From Polaromonas sp. (GTDB lineage Bacteria; Pseudomonadota; Gammaproteobacteria; Burkholderiales; Burkholderiaceae_C): DNA of 64,000 bases. The translations under genes and the position numbers were made by a program. This document shows positions 30,031-39,381 of the stretch, in pieces. The notes under the pieces are model-generated. The model had not been told where the DNA came from. It searched no databases and saw only the letters and a list, made by a program, of their open reading frames with translations. The stretch's first letter is position 1. Each line of letters starts with the position of its first letter. Location: positions 6,057-70,056 of the forward strand of contig NZ_JBDTPB010000086.1 in assembly GCF_039932935.1 (NCBI RefSeq). The letters are read 5' to 3'.

Positions 30031-31029
30031 ATGATCAAGACCCGCACCCTCGGCCGCAACGGGCCTTCCATCTCGGCCATCGGGCTCGGCTGCATGGGCA
30101 TGAGCGACTTCTACGGCAACCGCGACGACACCGAATCCATCGCCACCATTCACCACGCGCTGGACCAGGGCCTCAATTTTCTCGACACCGCCGACATCTA
30201 CGGCCCGCACACCAACGAGCTGCTGATCGGCAAGGCCATTGCCGGCCGCCGCAAAGACGTGTTTATCGCCACCAAGTTCGGCATCACACGCGACCCGGCC
30301 AACGAAGCGGCGCGCGGCGTGAACGGCCGGCCCGAGTACGTCAAGGCCAGCTGCGACGCCAGCCTCCAGCGCCTGGGCATCGAGCAAATTGACCTGTATT
30401 ACCAGCACCGCGTCGACAAGACCGTGCCCATTGAAGACACCGTGGGCGCCATGGCAGAGCTGGTGCGCGCCGGCAAGGTGCGCTACCTCGGTTTGTCTGA
30501 AGCCTCCGCCGCCACCCTGGCCCGCGCCTGCAAGGTGCACCCCATCGCCGCATTGCAGAGCGAATATTCACTGTGGACGCGCGACCCCGAGGCCACCGGT
30601 GCCCTGGCCGCCTGCCGCGAGCACGGCGTGAGTTTGGTGCCCTATTCGCCGTTGGGCCGCGGCTTTCTCACCGGTGCCTTCAGCAAACCCGAAGACCTGC
30701 CCGCCGACGACTACCGCCGCAAGTTCTCACCCCGCTTTGCCGACGACAACTTCCGCCGCAACCTCGCGCTGGTTGATGTCGTCAAGCAAATGGCAGAAGC
30801 CAAAGGCGTTACCGCGTCGCAAATTGCGCTGGGCTGGGTGCTGGCCCAGGGCGACGACATCATTCCCATTCCCGGCACCAAGCGCCGCAGCTACCTTGAC
30901 CAGAACATCGCCGCGCTTGACGTCACGCTGAGCGCTGCGGAACTGGACGAACTCGACAGGGCCTTCCCGCCCGACGCCGCCGCCGGCCTGCGCTACCCCG
31001 AGTCTTTTCTCGGCACCGTCAACGCCTGA
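30031..31029 (+). CDS. Aldo/keto reductase
   Basis: [32 protein letters not shown] and IPIPGTK. Confidence 0.94.
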   Translation: MIKTRTLGRNGPSISAIGLGCMGMSDFYGNRDDTESIATIHHALDQGLNFLDTADIYGPHTNELLIGKAIAGRRKDVFIATKFGITRDPANEAARGVNGRPEYVKASCDASLQRLGIEQIDLYYQHRVDKTVPIEDTVGAMAELVRAGKVRYLGLSEASAATLARACKVHPIAALQSEYSLWTRDPEATGALAACREHGVSLVPYSPLGRGFLTGAFSKPEDLPADDYRRKFSPRFADDNFRRNLALVDVVKQMAEAKGVTASQIALGWVLAQGDDIIPIPGTKRRSYLDQNIAALDVTLSAAELDELDRAFPPDAAAGLRYPESFLGTVNA

Positions 31030-31038
31030 AAAACACGC

Positions 31039-31067
31039 GGCCCGCTGGACCTGGCGGGCCGTTTCAG
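31039..31067 (+). terminator. Probable intrinsic terminator after the AKR gene
   Basis: CGGCCCGC-TGGACCTG-GCGGGCCG-TTTC, an 8-bp stem with a short U tail. Confidence 0.45.
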
Positions 31068-31081
31068 GTCATCATGGCGCA

Positions 31082-31999
31082 ATGACTGCATTGACCCCTT
31101 CACGCGCACCGCAAGCCGCCCCGCACCACCAGGGCCGCGTCTTTGGTTCGCCGTGGCCGGGGGTCTATGCCACCCACATGGAAAGCGCGCGCCACTTCGG
31201 CCGCCACTGGCATGCGGTGTATGGCGTGGGGCTGATGGAGGGCGGCGCGCAAAGCTCGGCCAGCGGACGCGGCAATGTGGAGGCTTATGCCGGCGACGTC
31301 ATCATGTGCAACCCCGGTGAAGTGCACGACGGCCGGCCACTGGGCGGCCCCTCCCGTCGCTGGCGCATGCTCTACCTTGAGCCTGCGTTCATGGCGGCCG
31401 TTGTGGCCGATGCGCCGGACAACGCGCTGGCGGCTGACATCGAACTCACACGCCCTGTTGCGCACGATGCCCGCCTGCGAAGCGCGCTGCAACGCCTGCT
31501 CGGCCGCCTGCAGCAGTGGGACCATGACCATCCCGCCAATGCGAGCCGCAACAGCGCGGATGCGCTTGCGTGTGAAGAGTCGTTGGTCAGTGCCTGTGCC
31601 TTGCTGATGCACCGCCATGCCGTGTCACCTGTCTCACCTGTCACGCAATCGCAAGCTTCTTCAGCCTTTTCACCGGAGTTGCACCGCGCCCGCGACCACT
31701 TGGCCGCCGACCTGCTGGCGCCGCCCACGCTGACCGAGCTGGCGCGTACGGCCGGCCTCAGCAAGTTTCAGCTGCTGCGCCATTTTCAAAAGTCTTTTGG
31801 CCTCACGCCCCATGCCTGGCTGCTGCAGCAGCGCAGCGAACGGGCACGCGGCCTGATTCGCCAAGGCGCCGGGTTGGCGCAGGCCGCCGCGGCTTGCGGC
31901 TTTGCCGACCAGAGCCACATGACGCGACTGTTTGCGCGCCAGTTTGGCTTTACGCCCGGCGCGTGGCAGCAGGCCGTGGGCAAAACAACGCTGCAATAA
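31082..31999 (+). CDS. AraC family regulator
   Basis: NPGEVHDG cupin motif, LSKFQLLRHF and GFADQSHMTRLF. Confidence 0.93.
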   Translation: MTALTPSRAPQAAPHHQGRVFGSPWPGVYATHMESARHFGRHWHAVYGVGLMEGGAQSSASGRGNVEAYAGDVIMCNPGEVHDGRPLGGPSRRWRMLYLEPAFMAAVVADAPDNALAADIELTRPVAHDARLRSALQRLLGRLQQWDHDHPANASRNSADALACEESLVSACALLMHRHAVSPVSPVTQSQASSAFSPELHRARDHLAADLLAPPTLTELARTAGLSKFQLLRHFQKSFGLTPHAWLLQQRSERARGLIRQGAGLAQAAAACGFADQSHMTRLFARQFGFTPGAWQQAVGKTTLQ

Positions 32000-32068
32000 C
32001 GTTCAAGACGGCGCGCGGGCGGGCCGGCATGCTGGCCGCTTGTTTTACTTGAAGCAAAGCCACCGCCC

Positions 32069-32767
32069 ATGTTCTTTCGCCATTCCCCGGCCATCTGGGC
32101 CGACTACCCTGAGCTGGTGCCCGGCGTGCTGCTTGCCAGCGGCATCACCGGCAATGCAGATGTTTCTGCGCAAGTTGCCCGCTTCAGCGCCATCGCCACC
32201 AGCCGCCTGGCCACCAGCGCCGAGGGCGAGCTGCCCGAAGTGCAGGCGTGGCGCCGCACCTTTTCCAAAATGGGCCTCAAACCCACGCAATACCGCTGCG
32301 CATCGGAGTCGCTGCTGCGCCGCTTTCGCAAGGAAGGCGCGCTGCCGCCACTGCACCCGCTGGTCGACTTGTGCAACGCCCTGTCCATCGCCTTCGCCAT
32401 TCCCATCGCCGTGTTTGACGTGGCCCATCTGGCGCAACAGCTGGAGGTGCGCTACGCCACCGGCGCCGAAAGCTACCTGACCTTCAGCGGCGAAACAGAA
32501 CACCCCGAGCCGCACGAAGTCATCTTTGCCGACGCCACCCAGCCGCCGGCCGCACATGCGCGCCGCTGGACCAACCGCCAAAGCGGCCTCTCAGCGGTCA
32601 ATGCCACCACACACAGCGTGCTCATCGTGGCCGAGGCCCTGCACGCCACGGCGGCAGACGACGTGCGCCGCCTCATCAGCACACTCGCTACCGAGCTGGC
32701 CGCCACCTGGCCGGCTGCGCCTGTGACCGCAGTGCTGAGCAGCAGCGCGCCGCAGTTTGATTTTTAG
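32069..32767 (+). CDS. Stand-alone B3/B4 (PheRS beta editing-like) domain protein
   Basis: AWRRTFSKMGLKPTQYRCASESLLRR, LVDLCNALS and RRWTNRQS motifs. Confidence 0.9.
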   Translation: MFFRHSPAIWADYPELVPGVLLASGITGNADVSAQVARFSAIATSRLATSAEGELPEVQAWRRTFSKMGLKPTQYRCASESLLRRFRKEGALPPLHPLVDLCNALSIAFAIPIAVFDVAHLAQQLEVRYATGAESYLTFSGETEHPEPHEVIFADATQPPAAHARRWTNRQSGLSAVNATTHSVLIVAEALHATAADDVRRLISTLATELAATWPAAPVTAVLSSSAPQFDF

Positions 32768-32783
32768 GACGTCTGGCGCCTCA

Positions 32784-32869
32784 GGGGCCATTTTTGAGCC
32801 TTTTCGAGCATCAAAATGGCCCGCAGCCCAATCAGAACGTGCGCCACCAGCTATCCAATTAATAGCAAC
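32784..32869 (+). repeat. REP-like family B, copy 4 (long form)
   Basis: TCAAAATGGCCCGCAGCCCAATCAGAACGTGCGCCACCAGCTATCCAATTAATAGCAAC. Confidence 0.8.
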
Positions 32870-32930
32870 GTACCGGCCCACCGCAGACCAACATACCGCC
32901 ACTTTTTGTGCCTGGCGCCGCGCAACATCG

Positions 32931-33947
32931 TCAATGCGCAATCGCCAGCTTGCCAAAGTGCCGTCCGCCGGCGCTGAGCTCGGCGTACGCGGCGGCGGTG
33001 TCGGCTATGTCAAACACGCGGTCAATGACCGGCACGATGCGGTGCGCGGCAATGGCACGGGCAGCTTCTGCCAGGTCGGCCGCCGAGCCTGTGCTGTTGC
33101 CGATGATGCGCAAGGCCTTGACGATGATCGGCAGCAGGTCGATGGAAATGGCTGAGCCGCTGACAAAGCCGATGGTGAAGATGGTGCCGCCCATGGCCGC
33201 CGCGTTCAGCGCGCGCGCAAAGGTTGCGCCGCCCACCGTTTCCACCACCAGGTCGGCGCCGCGCCCTTCGGTGAGTTTGAGCACCTGCTCGTCCCAGGCG
33301 GGCGTGGCGCGGTAGTTGATCAGGTGGTCTGCGCCCAGCTGGCGCGCGCGTTCGAGCTTTTCGTCTGACGACGAGGCAATGATCACCGTGGCGCCTGCCG
33401 CCTTGGCAAACTGCAAGGCAAAGATGCTGACGCCGCCCGTGCCCAGCAGCACCACCACCGAGCCCGGGCGCAACTGCGCCGAGCGCGTGGCGTTCCAGGC
33501 GGTGGTGGCGGCAATGGGCAGCGTCGCGCCCTGCACAAAGTCCAGGTGCGCCGGCAACGTGACCAGGCTGGTGGCGGGCACCACCACGTAGTCGGCCAGC
33601 GAACCGGGCAGCGTGATGCCGCGCATCGCGGCAATGTTGCGCGGCGTCATGGCCCCGTCCTGCCAGTTCGGCATGAAGTGCGGAATCACCCTGTCGCCCA
33701 CGACCAGGCCCAGGCCCATGGCGTCAACGCCTTCGCCCAGCGCGGCCACTTCGCCCGCGCCGTCGGCCACCGGAACCATCGGAAAAGTCGCGCCGGGGAA
33801 GGCGCCCGTGGCAACGGCCACGTCTGCAAAATTCAGCGCGGCGGCGCGCAGGCGCACCAGCACCTCGCCCGGGCCGGCCTTGGGGTCGGGCAGCTCGGTG
33901 GCGCGAAAAGCAGTCAGGGAAGAAGCGGTGAGTTGAATGGCTTTCAT
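32931..33947 (-). CDS. MDR superfamily NAD(P)-dependent (quinone) oxidoreductase
   Basis: VLVRLRAAALNFAD, PVADGAGEV, LGTGGVS and GRHFGKLAI. Confidence 0.92.
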   Translation of the reverse strand: MKAIQLTASSLTAFRATELPDPKAGPGEVLVRLRAAALNFADVAVATGAFPGATFPMVPVADGAGEVAALGEGVDAMGLGLVVGDRVIPHFMPNWQDGAMTPRNIAAMRGITLPGSLADYVVVPATSLVTLPAHLDFVQGATLPIAATTAWNATRSAQLRPGSVVVLLGTGGVSIFALQFAKAAGATVIIASSSDEKLERARQLGADHLINYRATPAWDEQVLKLTEGRGADLVVETVGGATFARALNAAAMGGTIFTIGFVSGSAISIDLLPIIVKALRIIGNSTGSAADLAEAARAIAAHRIVPVIDRVFDIADTAAAYAELSAGGRHFGKLAIAH

Positions 33948-34001
33948 GGTCTTGTTTCCTAAAAAATGAAGGAGGAGTGGGGAAAGCCGCAGTGTTATTT
34001 A

Positions 34002-34037
34002 GAATCAATCAGAGATAAACGCCGGTTTGATTGATTC
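34002..34037. promoter_or_regulatory. Perfect 10-bp inverted repeat, candidate LysR site
   Basis: GAATCAATCA-N16-TGATTGATTC between the divergent MDR and LysR genes. Confidence 0.45.
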
Positions 34038-34058
34038 ATTTGAAAGTGAGAGTGCGTA

Positions 34059-34937
34059 ATGGACCTGCTCGACAGCATGAAGGTGTATGTGCTGGCCGTT
34101 GAAAAAGGCAGCCTCAGCGCCGCCGCCACGGCCTGCGATATTTCCGCGACCATGGCCGGCAACCACCTGCGCACGCTCGAAAAACGCCTGGGCATGCAGC
34201 TTCTGAACCGCACCACACGGCGCCAGCACCTCACGCCCTTTGGCGAGGACTACTACGTCCGCTGCAAGGAAATTCTGAGGCTGGTGGCCGAAACCGATGC
34301 GCAGGCGCAAAACCTGCAGCTGGCGCCTGCCGGCAAGTTGCGCGTGAGTGCGCCGGTCTCTTTCGGCACCGAAGCCTTGATGCCCGCCTTGTCGGACTAC
34401 CTGGACCGCTACCCCCAGGTCAGCCTCGATGTCGTGTTGAGCGACCGCGTGGTGGACCTGCTCGAGGAAGGGTTCGAGGCCGCCATCCGCATTGGCCCCG
34501 TGCCCGATTCAGCGCTGATAGCCAGGCCGCTGGCGCCGTACCGGCTGATGATTTGCGCGTCTCCGGCCTACCTGGCACGCCGCGGCACACCAGCCAGGCC
34601 CGACGACCTGACCCAGCACGAGTGCCTGGCTTTTTCGCCCACCGCCGCGGCGCATTGGCGTTTGGCCGACCAGGAACATATCTGCCGCGTGCCTGTTTCG
34701 GGCCGCCTGCAGGTTAACCAGGGGCAGGCACTGCGTGTGGCGGCCTTGCAGGGCATGGGCATCGTGCTGCAGCCGGCGATTTTGCTGGAGGGTGATGTTC
34801 AGGAGGGCCGCCTGGTCCAGCTCTTCCCCCACCATGAGCTCGCCACCAGGCCGATGAACGTGCTCTACCTGCCAGACCGCTACCGCTCGCCCAAGCTGCG
34901 CAGTTTTGTGGATTTTGTGGTCGAGCGGTTCAAGTAG
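34059..34937 (+). CDS. LysR family regulator
   Basis: GSLSAAA, LLNRTTRRQHLT and VDLLEEGFEAAIR. Confidence 0.94.
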   Translation: MDLLDSMKVYVLAVEKGSLSAAATACDISATMAGNHLRTLEKRLGMQLLNRTTRRQHLTPFGEDYYVRCKEILRLVAETDAQAQNLQLAPAGKLRVSAPVSFGTEALMPALSDYLDRYPQVSLDVVLSDRVVDLLEEGFEAAIRIGPVPDSALIARPLAPYRLMICASPAYLARRGTPARPDDLTQHECLAFSPTAAAHWRLADQEHICRVPVSGRLQVNQGQALRVAALQGMGIVLQPAILLEGDVQEGRLVQLFPHHELATRPMNVLYLPDRYRSPKLRSFVDFVVERFK

Positions 34938-34943
34938 CGCCAA

Positions 34944-35036
34944 AGGGGCAATTTGGCGTGCTTTCAGCCCTTTTCAGACATCAAAAATGCCCGCAGCCCA
35001 ATCAGAGTCTGCGCGAGCAGCTATGAATTTAGTAGC
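34944..35036 (+). repeat. REP-like family B, copy 5 (long form)
   Basis: TCAAAAATGCCCGCAGCCCAATCAGAGTCTGCGCGAGCAGCTATGAATTTAGTAGC. Confidence 0.8.
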
Positions 35037-35078
35037 GGTGCGGCCACCCCCGGCAGCCGCCTCAGCAAATCATCCGCC

Positions 35079-35978
35079 CTACTTGTCGTCTGAAAAGTAC
35101 GGCGTGCCTTGCAGGGCCGCGAGCGGCAGGTAGAAGGTTTTCACCGGCACCAGCGGTGGCTGTTTCACGGACGTCGCGCGTCCGGCCGCTATATCTGCGG
35201 CTTCTTCTTGGCTGGGGCGTTTGGGTTCGGCCAGCGCTGGCCGTATACAGGCGGTACGTATTCTTTCCAGCGCTTTTTCCGGCAGCTCCTTGCGCGTGCC
35301 AAAGCGGCTGCCGTCTACCTGCAGCACATCGTCTTTCAGCGCGGCGCGCAGGTCTAGCGGTGGTTTGCCAAATGCCGGGTTGTAGCCCACGCGCAGCGTG
35401 TTTGCATCACCGCGCCGGTACTGCACCACGCGCAGCTGCTTGGGCTGGTCGTTGGCATCCACTTCCGCGTCGGCGATATAAAAGTAGCGCACCTGCGCCG
35501 CCGGCATAGGCGGCAGCTTGTAGCTGGAAGACCAGCCGTTGTGGCCGTCCTTGAAGAGCCGGCGCAGGCTGCTGGGCAAGGCCTCGTCGGCGCCCGTGGC
35601 AAACGCGACCGATGCCGCGCGAGAGAGCGAATGGCCATGAAAGTCAAACTCCACGGTGCCCTTCGGCTCAACCAGCTGCTTGCCAAAGACAGGGAAGATC
35701 GCGCCGTTTTGCCGCACCTCCTGCAGGCGCACACCTTCGCCCTCGGCCTTCCAGCGCCCGCCCGCCAACATGTCGAGCGAGCCGCCCATGAAGCTGAAGC
35801 AAAACGTGTTGTCGTCCAGCAGCATCAGCTGCGCCCGCGTATCGACCGAGCCCTGGGCGTAGCTGCCCACATACGGCTGTTCAGTGGGGGTGACTGCCTG
35901 TGCAGCGGCCAGCGGCAGCAGCGTGAAGGCGAGGGTGGCAAGCGTGGTGCCAGGGCAGCGGGAAGGGGTAGATCGCAT
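35079..35978 (-). CDS. Secreted hypothetical protein, paralog 2 of 3
   Basis: Signal peptide (TLAFTLLPLAAAQA); SVDTRAQLMLLDDNTFCFSFMGGSLDMLAGGRW block shared with the other copies. Confidence 0.85.
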   Translation of the reverse strand: MRSTPSRCPGTTLATLAFTLLPLAAAQAVTPTEQPYVGSYAQGSVDTRAQLMLLDDNTFCFSFMGGSLDMLAGGRWKAEGEGVRLQEVRQNGAIFPVFGKQLVEPKGTVEFDFHGHSLSRAASVAFATGADEALPSSLRRLFKDGHNGWSSSYKLPPMPAAQVRYFYIADAEVDANDQPKQLRVVQYRRGDANTLRVGYNPAFGKPPLDLRAALKDDVLQVDGSRFGTRKELPEKALERIRTACIRPALAEPKRPSQEEAADIAAGRATSVKQPPLVPVKTFYLPLAALQGTPYFSDDK

Positions 35979-36065
35979 CAGCAGTCCGGTAATGGTGAAG
36001 GAGTCAATGTAGTACAGCCGGCGCGGGGTGGCGCCGTGGAAGTGGTCGTTGGCCCGTTTCAGGCA

Positions 36066-36121
36066 TCCAACAGGCCTGCAGTCCAATAAGGACGAGCGCA
36101 AGCAGCTATGAATTTGGTAGC
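36066..36121 (+). repeat. REP-like family B, copy 6
   Basis: GAGCGCAAGCAGCTATGAATTTGGTAGC between the tandem paralogs. Confidence 0.75.
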
Positions 36122-36154
36122 GCGCGTCCCCGGGGGCGGGCAGAAAGACAGGGC

Positions 36155-37078
36155 CTACTTGCCCGTGCCGGGGAAGTAAGGCGCGCCCTGCATTGCCGCC
36201 AGCGGCAGGTAAAAGGTTTTCACCGGCACCAGCGGCGCGTTTCTCACCACCACTTTGCCCAGCGCCGCGGCGGCCTTGTCCTGGACATCTTCTTCGCTGC
36301 CTTCTTCGGCCGGGCGCTTGGCTCCAGGTACCAGCGCCGGCCGTATGCAGGCCGCACGTATGCCCTCAAGGACTTCATTGGGCAGCTCGTCCTGCTTGCC
36401 AAATCGGCTGCCGTCCACATACAGCACCTTGTCTTTCATCGTGGCCTTCAAGTCCAGCGGCGGGTTGCCAAAAGCCTGGTCATAGCCCACGGCCAGCGTG
36501 TTCGCGTCGCCGCGCCGGTACTGCACCACGCGCAGGCGCTTGGGCTGGCGGTCGGCATCCACTTCCACGTCGCCGATGTAAAAGTAGCGCACCTGTGTCG
36601 CAGGCAGCGGCGGCAGCTTGTAGCTGTCAGACCAGTTGCTCTGGTCGGCCTTGAACAGCGGGCGCATCGTGGTGGGCAGCGCATCGTCGCCGGAAGTGGC
36701 AAACACGGCAGACGTGGCGTTGGAAAGCGAATAGCCATGAAAGTCAAACGCCACGCTTCCTTTCTGCTCAGCCAGCTGCTTGCCAAAGACAGGAAAGATC
36801 GCGCCGTTTTGCCGCACCTCTTGCAGGCGCACGCCGTTGCCCTCGGCCTTCCAGCGCCCGCCCGCCAGCATGTCGAGCGAGCCGCCCATAAAGGTAAAGC
36901 AGAAGGTGTTGTCGTCCAGCAGCATCAGCTGCGAGCGTGTATCCACCGAGCCCTGGGTGTAGCCCCCCACATACGGCTTTTCAGCCGGAGTCACAGCCTG
37001 CGCAGCGGCCAAGGGCAGCAGCGTGAGGGCGAGGGTGGCAAACGTGATGCCAAGAGGCTGGGAGCTTGTAGGGTGCAT
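36155..37078 (-). CDS. Secreted hypothetical protein, paralog 3 of 3
   Basis: Signal peptide; tandem and closely similar to paralog 2. Confidence 0.85.
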   Translation of the reverse strand: MHPTSSQPLGITFATLALTLLPLAAAQAVTPAEKPYVGGYTQGSVDTRSQLMLLDDNTFCFTFMGGSLDMLAGGRWKAEGNGVRLQEVRQNGAIFPVFGKQLAEQKGSVAFDFHGYSLSNATSAVFATSGDDALPTTMRPLFKADQSNWSDSYKLPPLPATQVRYFYIGDVEVDADRQPKRLRVVQYRRGDANTLAVGYDQAFGNPPLDLKATMKDKVLYVDGSRFGKQDELPNEVLEGIRAACIRPALVPGAKRPAEEGSEEDVQDKAAAALGKVVVRNAPLVPVKTFYLPLAAMQGAPYFPGTGK

Positions 37079-37140
37079 GGGCAGTCCAGTAGGGTGAAGC
37101 AAGTGAATGTATTACAGCGAGGGCCGCTCGCGGCAATCGT

Positions 37141-37509
37141 CTAGGCCACAAAGTGTGAAGCCACCAGGGCCAACCCCAGCAGCCCACCCCACAGCAGAGC
37201 GCTTATCAGTCGGTTTCTTTCTTCCTCACGGTGCGTGAAGAACAAGTGGCCCAGCAGCCAGGTGATGCCGTTAAAGCCAAAGAGCAAACCAACCAGCGCG
37301 GCCGCGCCGGCGTACACGCCATGCATCCACAAGGGGATGGCCATGAAAAGGTAGCTCAGGCTGCGCGGCGAAAGAATCAGGTACAGGCCCAGGTAAAGCG
37401 AGATCTCGAAGATCGGAATCGCCACGAGCGCGGCCACCAGCCGCCAGACAATGCCTTCGCTCTCGTCAGATGAAGAGGGCCGCTTGCGTAGGTAGGTGGG
37501 TCGATTCAT
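37141..37509 (-). CDS. Hypothetical membrane protein
   Basis: 122 aa with 3-4 hydrophobic segments. Confidence 0.65.
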   Translation of the reverse strand: MNRPTYLRKRPSSSDESEGIVWRLVAALVAIPIFEISLYLGLYLILSPRSLSYLFMAIPLWMHGVYAGAAALVGLLFGFNGITWLLGHLFFTHREEERNRLISALLWGGLLGLALVASHFVA

Positions 37510-37543
37510 GGGCAGTCAAAGGCTGACAGATTCACAAGTAGAG

Positions 37544-38560
37544 CTATCGGCTCAACAAAAATTGATCGCAGTAAGCGGCGGGCGCATCGAGCATGAAGAC
37601 GCCCTCCTTGAAGATGAAGTTCGATTTCAGCATTTCACACACCTGCGCAGAAAACCCACCTCGAGCTCGTGAGCATTGACGGCACACGCGATATTCATTC
37701 ACCGTGTCCCTGAAATCGGGGTTACCTGCTTGACCTAGAAGTTTTACGGTGGCTAGCCATTTGGCTCGCTTTTCAAGTTCGCTGGCCAAGCTGTCATACC
37801 TGGTATCGACGGAAGGAGTGTTGTTCAGGCGGTATTGCAAGGGGGTAGCGCCCACGTTTGATATGGAGTCAGACCAAGGCTTAGCCTGTAGTCGAGGATT
37901 GGCGCCATGGGACAAAAACCACTGCAGAACTTCCGGGTCGTTGCAGCTGTGAAGTGGGCTGAGACCTTTTTTGTTCTGATAATTGATATCGGCTCCCGCG
38001 GCAAGAAGAAGCTCATAGGCCCTATTTCGCTTCTCGGCGCTCACTGGCGGCGGTACAAAAATGCGGGAGCTAATGTCGCTGTTGCTTTTCGTCCTGTGTA
38101 CGTAGGTGGAAGAGATGTCAATGCACCTCATGAACAGGGAATCCCGGTCATAGGCAGTCTCACCTTGAGGAGATGCGCCATGCGCCAGCAAGAATTTGAC
38201 ATTGGGTAGGTTGCCTGCTGCTACGGCCAAATCGAGCAGTTGCAATTCACCTGGAAATACACATTCCAAGGTCATGGCAATCAACTCAGGGTGCTCGATG
38301 CTCTTCTGCAGAACAAGACGGTTCTTCCCGTTGTTGTCGGGCCTTCGGCATACGCCTGCCACACATTGCTTGGGCTTGGCATACACGCGTTGCTTGATGA
38401 CGCGGTCCAGCTCAGTTTGAAGTTCCTCGGGGCTTCCGCTGGCAGCCATCTGCGGAAGATTGTCAGTCGGGCATGGACGGCCTGCACCAGAGTATGCAAA
38501 GGCGGTCGAAACGCCTGCATAAAACAACAGAACGGCGGCAAACTTCAATAGAGTATTCAT
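37544..38560 (-). CDS. Secreted Cys-rich ankyrin-repeat protein
   Basis: Signal peptide; LDLAVAAGNLPNVKFLLAHGA and LLLAAGADINYQNKKGLSPLH ankyrin motifs; lower GC. Confidence 0.8.
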   Translation of the reverse strand: MNTLLKFAAVLLFYAGVSTAFAYSGAGRPCPTDNLPQMAASGSPEELQTELDRVIKQRVYAKPKQCVAGVCRRPDNNGKNRLVLQKSIEHPELIAMTLECVFPGELQLLDLAVAAGNLPNVKFLLAHGASPQGETAYDRDSLFMRCIDISSTYVHRTKSNSDISSRIFVPPPVSAEKRNRAYELLLAAGADINYQNKKGLSPLHSCNDPEVLQWFLSHGANPRLQAKPWSDSISNVGATPLQYRLNNTPSVDTRYDSLASELEKRAKWLATVKLLGQAGNPDFRDTVNEYRVCRQCSRARGGFSAQVCEMLKSNFIFKEGVFMLDAPAAYCDQFLLSR

Positions 38561-38604
38561 GGTTTTCCCGTTTGCCTATTGATCGTCTGCTGATTGGGTT
38601 TGAA

Positions 38605-39381
38605 TTATTCAACCAAACGCAAACCGCTAAGTTGAAGATGTACGGCGTCTTCCAGATCCAAAGGCTGCTGCTGCTTGGCCTTTAGATAGTGGTTGGTAAA
38701 CACATCAAGGTAAGCCTCTAGCGTTTGCGCCGCATGCGCTTCACCGGCCAGCGCCAGGCACAAGGCCGCCACTTCCGAGGTGCAAAAGTGCTCGTCGCGC
38801 TGCGAGCGGCGCAGCTTGTAGCGAGAGAGCTGCTCGCTTTGCAAGCTGAGCACCGGCAACTTATCCAGGTAAGGGCTTTTGCGAAACATCTTTCGCGCCT
38901 CGGGCCAGGTTGCGTCGAGCAATATAAACAGCGGGCGCTTGCCGGTGCCAGTCGTCGGGTCGGCAGGCAACACCTCCGTCACCACACGCTCCGCCGCCAC
39001 AAACTCACCGGGAAAGACCAGGTAAGGCTGCCACTGCGGGTCAGCCAGCAAGGCCAGCAGCGCAGGGTCTACCTCGGTGCGTGCCCATTGAAAAGCAAAC
39101 GTATCCGCCACCACATCGGCAATCAACCAGCCCGTGTTGCTGGGCTTCAGCGCTTCAATGTCTGCCATCAGCAGGCACACACCCGCATGCACATCCAGGG
39201 CTGGGCGCAAATGACAAAAGCAGTGGCTGGGCATGACGCGGCAAGCCGCACAGCGCTCGCCACGCATGCCACCACGCGCCAAAAAAGGTTTGGCGCTGCG
39301 TGCCAGGCGCGCGGTGCGCAGGCGGCTGACAGCGTGGGGCAGCACGTGAGCCGGCGGTGCTGCCGAAAGGCTAATGGTCAT
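38605..39381 (-). CDS. tapT: DTW-domain tRNA-uridine aminocarboxypropyltransferase (TapT/YfiP-like)
   Basis: CAAC..CFC N-terminal cysteines, KPSNTG, ILLDATW and CTSEVA. Confidence 0.85.
   Translation of the reverse strand: MTISLSAAPPAHVLPHAVSRLRTARLARSAKPFLARGGMRGERCAACRVMPSHCFCHLRPALDVHAGVCLLMADIEALKPSNTGWLIADVVADTFAFQWARTEVDPALLALLADPQWQPYLVFPGEFVAAERVVTEVLPADPTTGTGKRPLFILLDATWPEARKMFRKSPYLDKLPVLSLQSEQLSRYKLRRSQRDEHFCTSEVAALCLALAGEAHAAQTLEAYLDVFTNHYLKAKQQQPLDLEDAVHLQLSGLRLVE

Noticed and set aside
21567-31029. Two aldo/keto reductases, four LysR and two SDR genes as a recent duplication
   Set aside because: They are divergent members of very large families with different regulators, which is ordinary for such genomes.
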